A stretch of DNA of 64,000 nucleotides from Trichoplax sp. H2 (taxonomy: Eukaryota). Both the position numbers and the translations under genes were made by a program. Where the stretch lies: contig NOWV01000173.1 of NCBI GenBank assembly GCA_003344405.1, forward strand, positions 62,001-126,000, read 5' to 3'. The notes under the pieces were generated by a model. The model ran no database searches, was not told the DNA's origin, and saw only the letters and a program-made list of their open reading frames with translations. Of this stretch, positions 52,246 to 64,000 are shown one piece after another; position 1 is the first letter of the stretch; every line of letters begins with the position of its first letter.

Positions 52246-53552
52246 GATCAAAGTATCCGAAGCAGCAATATAGCGAGACTGAAGCAGGAAAAAAAAAAGT
52301 ATAATCTGTTAATAACAAGACTACTCTCAAAGCAGAAGCTATTTTTTAAGCAGATGAGCATACGATGGCATTAATATACCAAGGATAAAGTTAGCAATCC
52401 GCCATTACCTGCACTACTTCCTCCAGCGGATTCCCTGACAGATCGTTTTTACGTAAAAGAACTGTTGAGGGTATGCGCACGCGCTAATATACTGCATTGC
52501 GATACCATGCTGTAGCGAACACTCGAACAGCACAGTACTGTAGACTCTTATGCACTGTACACTGTACACTGTACACTTTGTACTGTAGGACAGTTCGAAA
52601 TTGAGAAACATGTCGCCCTAACGTTCCAAACATTTCTATTCGTTATAGTCTCAGTATTAATGTACCGATTGACTAAAGTAAATGAATCCTTTTTTCTAAA
52701 TTTAAGTAATATATTGCGATCTCTATTTGACTATGTGGCAAAGTTGCTCTTGAAAGCAGTTCTACAACGGCATCAATGCCATTTTATTCAATTTAATTAT
52801 TCTATCCTACGCTATATTTGTTAAATTGGACGATGTAATACTATATACAGTACAGTGTTAGGCAGTAATAGTACAGTTACGATTGCTTTTGTTAGCACTA
52901 GCTTAGCATAGAAGTAACCTATTTTCATGAATCATTCGCGCCTATAAATAATTTCCTCCAGCTGTGCTCCTAACATTATAATAGCTATCTTCTTTCGCCT
53001 ATCTTGTTCGTTAGTTCTGGTAGTTACATGGTAAGCTTGCACGCTTTATCTATTCTATACTACTGTAGTTATTCGACTAGTCACGTCGTTACTCGCACGA
53101 TAATCTTACACGATTATTCTCTTACACTTACTTAATTCAGGTTACTCTTCCGTTAGCTATTCTATTGTACTTTATTGCGACTAATGGCGAACTCTCAATC
53201 TTCCGAAACATCACACTACCAGCTCAATTTTGTATTTTCACGTTGAGGAAAATACGATGTAAACATGAACTACTGTCATTGGAGTAGTCCCTGACGATGT
53301 ACTATAGTAATTATACCATGCATACTGTCAGGCCAATGGACTGTGTTAGTGCTCGGCCTTATGAGGTAAAGGGTTTCTGTATTCAAAAGAAGGCATCGGT
53401 AGTGCCAACTCCATATATATGGGCACTTACAGAATTTGTGACAGTAATCGGCTAGTCTAGCAACCATACTCAAAGTGAGGGGCCGACAATTTTACTGGTT
53501 ATCTCATCAGAAACCAATGTCAGAAACGATACACTATGTTGTCCATGATTGC

Positions 53553-54057
53553 TGTCCAAATGAGTTGCTAGTTGCTACTGTATTTTTGATTTATTTCGTG
53601 CAGTGTTATATACGGTTGTAGTGGTTGCGCCTTGTAGAATGACTACAAAATAATCAACTGCCAACATTATTTTGCTCTGAACGACCACTTACGTGCCTTT
53701 CCCTTGCGGAAAATAGAGCATATTCTGTACGATAGCCTACGTAGTTAGACGGTGTCACGTTGAAATTATGCACGTAGCATAAATAGGTAAATCACAAACG
53801 TTGATGTCCAAATGAGTTGCTAGTGGCTACTGTATTTTGATTTATTTCGCGCAGTGTTATATACAGTTGCAGTGGTTGCGCCTTGTAAAATGACAACGAA
53901 ATAATCATTTCCCAACATTATTTTGCACTCAACGGCCACTTACGTGCCTTTCTCTTGCGGAAAATAGAACGTATTCTGCACGCTAGCCTACGCAATAAGG
54001 CTGTGTAACGTTGAAATTATGCACGTAGTATAAATAGGTAAATCACAAACGTTGATG
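53553..54057. repeat. 252-bp direct tandem duplication (2 diverged copies); a second ~75-bp duplication lies at ~54046-54122 and ~54174-54250
   Basis: TGTCCAAATGAGTTGCTAGT...TAAATAGGTAAATCACAAACGTTGATG starts at 53553 and 53805. Confidence 0.9.
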
Positions 54058-57000
54058 AAACCTATACTACATCGTACCCGAGCGAGTATTAGAAGCAAGA
54101 GCTAATGTAAATATGGACTAAATAGGTAAATCTCAAACGTTTATACTACTGTATACTGCAAAGGTTTCCCAGACAAACGTTTCTGAAATCGATACTGTAT
54201 CGTACCCCATCGAGTATTAGAAACAAGAGCTTATATCAATCTCGACTAATAGACATTGCTACAAGTTGTTCAACGCCTATATAAACGTTTATGGGAGCTT
54301 GCATATCATTAACTGAACGTTTGCAGTAGGGTTTAGCACTTAATTAGCAGTGGTTGCCAAGCTGAACTTTCAATCAGAAGGTGTGTCCTTCCTAAGGAAC
54401 TCCATAGAAGGAAGTCACAAAGTCACGATCCTACGTCATCACTGTCCTCCACTTAACATTACTGTATATTATAGAATGCCATCATGACTCCTATACTGCG
54501 CTGTAAAGTAGAATAGCAGCGTGATCAAGAGTATCCTAGCTCTACAAAATCTAGGCATCCATTGCCTCTTCAGTTGTCGTTATTATACAGTAAAAACGTA
54601 TACGAATTTTGAGTTCTAAAGTAAAACGTTTGAATAAAAGTGCAGATCAAATCGACCGTTTATCCAAGATATACTTGTGCTGTGCCTTTCTATTGCAGTA
54701 GCACTCATTCTATACAATTGATACGTCCGTGATCGAGTATCTTAAAGAAAGTTAAACTATTGCAATTGCTTTGCCTGGATCTTCTGGTAAGAGTATAGCC
54801 ATGTAGACTATGTATTAGCTATATCAATGTTAAGATATCGGATAGTACCTGATGGCGTAAGATGACGGCCATTTCAACGACGCTGTAATCTGAGCGAAGG
54901 AATGATTCATAAGTGTATACGATAATTACCGTAATCAATTCATGATAGAACAGAAAATTTACCGCCGTACAATCATCGTCAATATAGGTTAAGCCAATTC
55001 TACTCTTGCCTTGTCTACATTAGAAAATATCGCAGTTTTGAATGCTATAACACATTTAGATTGCATTCAAAATGAAGATAGATGTAGAATGAAATTTGTA
55101 TGCACTTTTGAAATGAATCTTTCTAGCCGTACAGTGCTATTCTCTGGAGATTTACTTTTGATTCTAAACGTATAGTATCATATACGTCCTGTTGAAATCC
55201 AGTTTATTAAGCTTTTACCGTGATGATTTGGCTACTGGTAGCTAAGAGTAACAGACTTATTACACTTTCTCAGCAGCGAAAACAAGTTCAACTACGATAA
55301 GATATTGATAGTGAATGAATTCCTTGACGTCCTATAGCATGAGGAACATGACCAATTTGATCGATAGAATGCAATGCATAGTGTTTCGATCATTTTAATA
55401 TCCAATATGTCTTGATAGCAAAATAAGCTCTACTAGTGATCTTGGAATTCCCTGTTATATGTCGTTACTTGAACGTGATATCCAAATAATTCCTTTTTAA
55501 TGAGATATACTGTAAATGAAATTAGGAAAAGAAAGTTTGGTTAATCAAGTCATCATCTATCTATGGTATCATAATAGATAAGGAATCCTGTTTTCGAATA
55601 CTTTTAGCGGGTAAAAAGAGACAATGTAGTCAAGACGGAAGAAGAGAAAAATTACTCTAGCTAGAATCTACATGTTCATCATTAGCTATTGCTTTACAAC
55701 TGCGTAGCATAGAGTTGTCAATAGCGTATCGCATTAATAGCTAGGATAGTGTAGTATCATTTGCGGTTTCAAATAGTATGATATTTCTGTTATTGCTGTT
55801 ATTGAACTAAAAGTTATCTAGTGCTTAAAAAAAGTCCTTTCGCCCATACTTTATAATATAATGTAGAAGTATCAATAAACGTCAAGAAATCATTGCACGG
55901 TATTCCTTACATCATGCATAGTTACTCAGTTATTTATTAATGGTAAGCATGTCGCAGTAGCCAACAGGTGATACTGGACTGGAAAAGGAGTATGCTGCAA
56001 TAGACCCGGCTGTTGAAGTACATTAGCAAGGATAAATAAAGACCGATTAGATAAACAATATCTTGTTCCCAATGAGGACAGTTTTTAGAACTTCTGCTGT
56101 TATGTTGACGTATACCGTACCATCACGAGCTAAACTCTCTATCTCGCAAATTGTCGGCTCATTACTGTTAGCAGCAATCGAGCACTTTTACGATATTATC
56201 TTAATTAAACTTGAATTAGACGATCAAAATGGGAAGTTCCTTTTATATAGTGAGCCATCAATATTGCTAAAATCAGCTGAAATCACGTTGAAAAATGCTA
56301 CAATATATCCATTAGCAAGATATCAACGAAAAACAAAGTTGAGATTTATTACCGGTTTGTAAAAATTATATTTGACCTTCCAGTAATTTTTACCGATAGT
56401 CTGCTAACTCGGACTATTGTGGTGGATCTTGAGGTTGACTAGTGATACTTTTCATAAACTGCAGCTTTCATTTTGCTACTAGTTCATTGACTTTATTGAA
56501 GGTTATACTGTACATAAATTAGCAGAGTAACTGAATGATCGTAAGAAGTAATGCCGAAGAGGTCTTAAAACTTTCCCTTTTATAAGATTCTAGCTGTAAT
56601 AGTAATGGATCGTTTTGTAACTTAGCAGTGTCGTACTATACAGATATTGAAGTTTACTAAATTCCTAGATACGACACAGACAAGGATTTTGATAACAAAA
56701 CATGTTGATAATTTGTAATCTTTGATTATTATAACTTATAACTTAGCTACTATAATTATAATTATTTGACATGACATTACGCTGCGGTTCGGACTTAGTG
56801 TATTAGTGTAACGATACACTTGTTTTAATGATTATTCGCGACTACTATAGATAATGTTAGGTGATATTTCTCTGTAGGATGATTAGATATACATATGCTA
56901 CATAGGCACGTATATGGTTAATAAATGCATTGTACATCAATCCCACGTACGCATATTTCCATCACACGTATTTAATTACTATGCTATCCAACCTAAGAAT

Positions 57001-57842
57001 GTTGCCTCTCAAGTTAACGAAATAAACCACAAATTATTTCGCGACGTAACAGAACGGTCAAATCTAAATACATTACGTACGCAAAACAACATCGAACAAA
57101 CCAAAGATAGAAGAAAGCATAGAGTTCCTAAACATACGCACAACATTATACTTCCTATTACAACAGACGAAATGCCTATAGAATAGAGAATACTCGTATC
57201 GAGACTTGATTATAGAATATAATGTCAAATTCTAGAATCACTACCCAACAATTGTGTGGCCAAACAGAATTTGCAAACATTATTTAGCTTCATCAAATAC
57301 TAAAGTCACGGTAAAATAATCTTATACAGTTATACATCACAATTTACACTTTGTATGTCATTTTACTCTTGAGGGATTACCATCCATATACATCAAAGTT
57401 GCTGCAATGATAACTAGAACGATAAATGCTTTTAATCGTTGCACTACTAATAATGCGATCAATCATTCAAACGTAAGAAAATTGGTCTGGACTAAGGAAA
57501 TGTTTTAAGTATTAAGTACAAATACACCCATCCTCGTCCTTTGAATACCACATTTCATGGTACCATTTATATATTAAATACTTGTTATTTGTACGTAATA
57601 TTAGAAATTGCCGCATAGGACCTGTCTTATACACCTATTTAAAGCCTTAATTAATAATGAATGCAAGTTATTACGTAGCTATTCTACAGTATTTATTAAT
57701 ATTTGTCAATGGCTGTTACTGTGATTTGTAGCAAGTTTTAGCTAATCATTTTTTATTATTAATGATGGAGCTTATTAATAAATGTTCATAAATCTGATAA
57801 CTGTTAATTCTATCTTACATATAGAGTATACGGAATTTGCTG

Positions 57843-59309
57843 ATGGATGAGAATTGTCCTCATGTAGTCATTATTGGATCTGGTTTAGCTGGCTTAGCTG
57901 CCGCAGAGTTATTATCTACTTGTAAGGAGAAAGTTAGGGTAACCATTCTGGAAGCCAATAATCGAGTTGGTGGTAGAATCTTTACCAGAAGATTGCAAGA
58001 TAACAGTCCCATTGAACTAGGAGCTCAATGGTTTCATGGCAAAGTTGGTAATCCATTATATGATATTGCTGCTAAAAGCGATATTGCGACTCGAAAATCA
58101 TCATATAACGATCGCTTTTATACCGAGAACGAAACTATCGCTGAGCAATCTGTTGGTGATTCGGCAAATGATTATTTTTCATCTATATTGGAGAGGATCT
58201 ATGATCGTCAATTAGATGATGTTCCAGAACATATTCAGAATGTCGGTCAATTCTTGGATGTTGAGTTAAAAAAGTACTTGGATGATATCCAAGACAACTT
58301 TGCGAGAGCAGTCAGTGCTAAAGTATTTCGTTATCGAGATAGGGAAGAAAGTCATACATCCGGTTGCAGCACCCTTCACGATGTTCATCTTCGAGACTTT
58401 GGCGAATACCTTGAGTTGGAAGGAGGCGATCTGGCGGTGATAGGTGGGTATGACAAAGTATTGCAGACTATTATTGATCGTATTCCCAAAGAAGTAATTC
58501 GACTTAATCAAATGGTTGTAAAGATCAAGAGTAGTGATAATAATGAACTAAATGGTAACGATCATACTACGGAAGCACCTGTCGTAGTCGAATGTTCCGA
58601 CGGTAATGTATACAAGGCGGATATAGTAATTTGCACTGTATCACTTGGTATATTAAAAAATCAGGCCAAAGTTTTATTTCAACCTAACCTACCGGCTAAA
58701 AAATTAGACGTAATTGATAGGCTAGCCTTTGGTGTGGTAAATAAAGTAATTTTCTACTACGAGAAGCCGTTCTGGCCCAAAAATCAATTCCGTAGATTGG
58801 TATTTCTTTGGAATGATGAAATCGATGACAAAAATTGTGGTTGTAAGTTGCCGCTTGAAGATGATGAATTATGGCTAAAACATGTAAGTAGTGCACATAT
58901 CATATTGCCATGTCCAAATGCTTTGCTATTTTGGTTTGTTGGTGAGGACGCTATTCGTGTAGAAAAATTGAGTGAAAAGCAATTATCCAGTTACTTGACT
59001 CGCGTTCTAAAGAAATTCATAGTGGACAAAACCATTCAAGAACCTGATATCGTTATAAGAACAAAATGGCACGAAGATCCTTATGTTCGTGGTTCTTACT
59101 CCTACGTAAATACGAACGCTTGTGGGAAAGATATTGACGTGTTAGCTGAGCCTATATTAGATTATCAAGGTCGACCTTTAATATTATTTGCCGGCGAAGC
59201 AACAGATAGAAGCTATTATTCAACTGCTCATGGTGCATACCTTAGCGGCCAGAGAGAAGCAAACAGAATTTTGGATACTTTGCAATTAGAAAAGAAAATT
59301 CAATCTTAA
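57843..59309 (+). CDS. FAD-dependent polyamine/spermine oxidase family (PAOX/SMOX-like), single coding exon, 488 aa
   Basis: VVIIGSGLAGLAAA (GxGxxG), LEANNRVGGRI, ELGAQWFHG, GVVNKVIFYYEKPFW, WHEDPYVRGSYSY and LFAGEAT..YYSTAHGAYLSGQREA. The first ATG is at 57843; the ORF track starts at an upstream TTG. Confidence 0.93.
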   Translation: MDENCPHVVIIGSGLAGLAAAELLSTCKEKVRVTILEANNRVGGRIFTRRLQDNSPIELGAQWFHGKVGNPLYDIAAKSDIATRKSSYNDRFYTENETIAEQSVGDSANDYFSSILERIYDRQLDDVPEHIQNVGQFLDVELKKYLDDIQDNFARAVSAKVFRYRDREESHTSGCSTLHDVHLRDFGEYLELEGGDLAVIGGYDKVLQTIIDRIPKEVIRLNQMVVKIKSSDNNELNGNDHTTEAPVVVECSDGNVYKADIVICTVSLGILKNQAKVLFQPNLPAKKLDVIDRLAFGVVNKVIFYYEKPFWPKNQFRRLVFLWNDEIDDKNCGCKLPLEDDELWLKHVSSAHIILPCPNALLFWFVGEDAIRVEKLSEKQLSSYLTRVLKKFIVDKTIQEPDIVIRTKWHEDPYVRGSYSYVNTNACGKDIDVLAEPILDYQGRPLILFAGEATDRSYYSTAHGAYLSGQREANRILDTLQLEKKIQS

Positions 59310-60919
59310 AAGTCTTCACTTGAAATGTACCTTGTCCAATACTAACATGTTCGAAATGTTATCTGTAAATCATAAATTTATCTATAGGCTTTTTATACGA
59401 TATTACTGTAGTCTTTTATTTTTGAAATGTTTTGTCTTAAAATTATTAATCATACACAATCTCTGATCAATTACGATGCAAAATATTTTTTCATTAAGAT
59501 ATTATCAAACTAGAATATTATTACTTAAATTAAATATCATATGCAAGACTTCTATACTCGTGCATAACGCATTTCTTAAATAAATGCTGCCATTTAGTAT
59601 TTGTACCACTAGGAGAATTTTAATGGGACAATAACACATCCATGACCATGCTTACTACCGTAGTGATTTTCTGATTTGGTAAAGACTTTACATGTGGACT
59701 TTGTACAAATAATAAATCTGCATGAGTAGGATCAATTTATGGATAGTTATATGTTGAAAATATTTACCACCAGCCACGAACTCCAATGAGCAGATATCTG
59801 AGTACAGAGCTTCTTTAATCTACCTTGTGTGCAGCACATTTACAAAAATTCTGTCCTGGCATTTTAACCAATAAATTTGAACAAATTTCATTTTGCTCAT
59901 TTCTAATCATTTCATGCTACTAACTTAATGAATCATCCATTCGGTGTAAAATTATTATAGTTCAATGAAGCAGATTCTCTAAATTTTAATACTTATTACA
60001 GCCTATACCTAATTAGTGGTTTTATGTTCACGTGATGAGTACAACATTTTCATTTACTACATTCTTCCAAGGAACTACTTTGATTTTAAATTTTGGACTT
60101 GAAGCATTGGCAAACAGATACACTTATCGTTATTCATCTAGCTATTCTACAACTATTAAGTTCTAGACTAATTAACGATAATATTGGTAAAGTGTTCGCT
60201 AATACATTATCCGAACATTATTTGTTCGTCCTTACGTTAGGGAATTGAGCAGTATAAACTCTTACTCTGAAGCATGTTTCCTCCATTACATTATTTGGTG
60301 CTCTTATCTTTGCCCACAAATTGAAATCACTTAAAGTATATGAGCTAAAATATGGTCCTACGTTTCTGCTTGATTTCCATCTGTAATACAATTTGCTGTT
60401 ATTGTAAATTAAATCTAAGCTGAGAAAAGTTGAAAACTAACCTCAGTAAGAGTGTTTAATTATATAATTTGCTGTCTAAACTGCACTTACGCATCATCTA
60501 TCATATCTCATTCTCATCTTGCTACTAGACTAATAGATTATTTAAAACGTATATGAAATATCCATTCCTATGATCATCAGTAACCCATATTTCGTTTATA
60601 ACAGGTTATTTATTAAACATTTTTACAAGATCCGACTTTTTATATAGGATTAAATTAAGTTGAAATGATGATCAGCTAACTCTTATATTGAAAAATTACT
60701 TGCTCTACAAGGATAATATAAGAATTGCACATCAATAATATGATTAATGAGGATCTATGACAATTAATCCCTATAGCTGCTATTTATAAGCTATTCTACG
60801 TAAGTATAACAGTATAATAATTATAAGTTTTAATTCGTCAAAGTTACTAAACCTTAACATGGTCTACAATAGGATGCTATTTCAGTGAACTATAAATTAA
60901 ATTACAGTATCATGTAACT

Positions 60920-63900
60920 TTAACTAATGGTCTGAATTATGGAATATTGGTGATAATTTCCTTTGCAAATGAACATAGATTGTTCATCATTTCCCTTCAT
61001 AAATAAATAATCTATTTGAGCACTTTGAAGGACCTGCAGCAATCGAGACGTCATGATATCGTAAATTAATACCTGACAGCTTTTGCTATCAACGACTGTC
61101 AAATAATTCTTCGGCCAAATATAACAGCCACTTAGTAGTAGCAACTGTTGGTTATAGCCTTCTAAAGTATTCTTGAATCCACGTAGTAACAACTTCTTTC
61201 TTCTTATATCGATCATCTAGTAGAAACGTTTTTAGTAATTTAATATCGATTCGTCAAATTTAGTACAAAGTCGTAATATTTTACCCTAATATCCACTCCT
61301 TTTTCAATTACAACACACTCCTTCCATTTATCGTCGCATCCTTCCTGGAAAGTTATTAAAAATTCAAGTACTTATTGCTTTTAAGAAAAGGATACTACAA
61401 TATCATTTAAATATGACTACGTACCAACTTTTCAGCGAGCTCATCTCCGAATATCTTGATGAAGGTGCTTGCATCCCATTTGCAAAATAAAACGTGACAA
61501 TCATCACTCAATTCGTCTGTAGGTAGCACAATCTTGCATATAGATTCTTTAGTCCAGATATTGATACCGTCAGAAGATAATTTGAATAGTTTGAACTTAA
61601 TCAAATTATCTTGAATCTTATACCACTGAAATTGAAGTTTTTGACGATCAAAGAGAAAGAAATTTGTTGAATAATCAGATTGTACAACAGTATCAAGAGT
61701 TTGCTAATTTATTTATGAAGAAATTAATTTATCATTTTAAAAAGTATGCATGACAATAAATACAAAAAAATTACCTGAATTACATGCTTAAAACTACTTA
61801 TACGCTGGTACATAACTAGGTTATGAATATTACTAAATAAAATTTTCATATCTTCATAATATGTCGGTTCTTCGAAACAGTATGGCATTTCGTCTTGATC
61901 GACACATTTTAGAATGATGACGGCAAATTGATTGATGTGATCGTCTTGGTCCTTTAAAATTAAGCAAAGTTTATCTTAAATTTGATAAATATCCACGGAC
62001 GTAAATATATATACAGCACAATAGACCTCTTAAACCTTCATCAATTTATAGAAATTACACGAAATATAATTCTTCAAAAGGATTCTGTTACAATTTGGAG
62101 AGAGTAAAACTCAACATTCCATTCTATCTACTGCATCTATCAGGTTATTAATGGCATTATTACCGTGATGGTTAAAATAAATATTAACTTATGGTCAGAC
62201 TTTCGGTATCTTGCTGATTCAATTCTCGTATTAGCTGCAGTTCCTTTATGACTTAAAATTTGTTGCATTTTTCTTACTACATCTGGCATCCCTTTTAAAT
62301 GACACAACTAGTGAAAACGATTTAAGAATAGTTATAACGTGAATTATCAAATCATACTTTAATTATGAACACCTCATTATTTTGTAATGATCAGGCATAA
62401 TTTAGGGATCAGTAGCTTAAATAATCATGCTGTGTACTTACGAAGAATAATTCAAATTATTATTGCTTTGAATAAAATTTAAGCATTCGCCAACTGTTAA
62501 TATCTTATTATTAATCTGTCTTTACCAGTATATAATACATACTCATGTAAGAGTATTATTAGAAACTAGAAATAAATTTCACGTGAAGTATATTAAGTCT
62601 ATATTTTGATAATTTTAACAAATTTTAAACTGAAGATGGCACAGTCGTTAGAAGCACCAATATCTGACATAGCTTGAATACAATTTATGCTAAGCTTATT
62701 TTAGTTAACCTGAATAATTGCGAAATGATGATGTAACTCAGCCAAATTGGGCAAACAATCTAATTGATTGCATGCATGCCACTGAATGACCACGATAAGC
62801 TGCAGATCATCAAACATATAGCACTTATATGACCATTTTGCATGATATGGCTGCTCTAAGTAGCTACAAGATATGAGTTCCAAGTTTTTTCCCTGATAAA
62901 TCTATGGATAAAGAGAGCTTAGTCAAAAAAGAGAAATTTAAGCATAGAATGACAGTAGAGAATGAAATCTACAAACTACATAATTAATCATCTATCTCAT
63001 GCTCATAAAATTGCAACTGATCTAAAATTGGCTTGATGCTATACCTCTAATTTCAATTTCTTGTTCTTCTTGTCTCCATATAATTTTGTGACATGCGGAA
63101 CATCAAAAATATAGCAACAGCTAGAATCAAGTAATTCAATATTGGAACTATTTTTCATAGCCAGTCTATCGCCAACGATCACTTTGTTTTGTGGAACTAT
63201 CCAGTTCAATTTTTTGTCTAATACAGTACGATATCATACACCTTTATTCAGTTTTGAAATTCATCATAGCTTGCTCAATTAATAAAATTAAAATAAAGTA
63301 ACTTGTATGTATAATAGATTACCTTCTAAGTCATAACGAAACAGAGATTGAGTTTTAGTTTGATTAACGATAAAAAAATGATGACTTTGAGGCATAGACA
63401 TGAGATGATGCACTTCCTGTACAAAATTAATAGTTGTAAAGGAACTACAACACCTCGAAGCGATATCAAGTTTCTAACATTTGAAAAGCAAAAAAGGATC
63501 AGCACATCTGTACAACATGAAACCTACTTCACGTTCTTCCAGAAGGATTAATAAAGTAACTTCATGAAATATACTAGCAATGCTGTCAAAAGGAAGCTAT
63601 AGGCTTACTAGAATGTCGATATTATGTCCCTTATGTATAGCTAAATATTGGTAATCATCTGTTATGATCATATCATCAATTGCTTTTGCTGTACGATAAA
63701 TTGGTTGAAACACATCTTCAAATTGCTCTGTCATGTCGATGATTATAGTATCTCCGTTTTGTCCTTCGATGTCTAAAAATCCAATGACGTTGCTATAAGC
63801 CATTAATAAGACTGGAATTTCACCGTTAATATATTCCACATGATAGAGGTAAGAACTAGAATCAACATATCGAGTACATCTGTATTTGTTGTCATCGAAG

Positions 63901-64000
63901 CGTTGAATTAATGCAGGAACATCCCAAAGCCGATGGCAATGCCAGTTTTCCAGTTGCCAAACCTGTTAAGAAAATGATCATGATAATTTTTACACCCTTA
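60920..64000 (-). CDS. 3' part of a multi-exon WD40/beta-propeller-like gene that runs off the window; further exons may extend to ~59620
   Basis: Open exons with GT-AG sites: VWQLENWHCHRLWDVP...IDDMIITDDYQYLAIHKGHNIDIL (63963-63609), KLDIASRCC...LFRYDLE, DKKLNWIVP..., IKFKLFKLSSDGINIW... and ...LTVVDSKSCQVLIYDIMTSRLLQVL. Confidence 0.6.

Noticed and set aside
1-64000. tRNA, rRNA or spliceosomal snRNA genes
   Set aside because: No cloverleaf with a T-loop GTTCRA signature and no convincing conserved rRNA or snRNA blocks were seen by eye.

Overview
AT-rich eukaryotic genomic DNA with many short GT-AG introns and two 20-N assembly gaps. Composition, intron style and gene content suggest a compact early-branching animal, most likely a placozoan such as Trichoplax (inference). 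From left to right the window holds: (1) an ~18-kb, ~45-exon gene for a type-I membrane receptor with a signal peptide, ~23 EGF, 11 SRCR and 4 Ig domains, a TM helix and a short tail; (2) an accessory island (~20.5-32 kb) with a CARD pseudogene, a decayed intronless ORF, an intact piggyBac-family transposase gene with three phase-0 introns and no visible TIRs, and a ~3-kb 59-bp satellite with higher-order structure; (3) IFT140 on the minus strand, including one GC-AG intron; (4) a 124/110-bp dimeric repeat in the IFT140/DECR2 divergent promoter region; (5) DECR2 ending in SKL; (6) RPL38, with a candidate intronic H/ACA snoRNA; (7) local duplications and decayed ORF fragments; (8) an intronless polyamine-oxidase-family gene; (9) the 3' part of a WD40-like gene. 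No CRISPR array, rRNA or tRNA gene is supported. All calls were made by eye and comparisons to known proteins are from memory; no searches were run.
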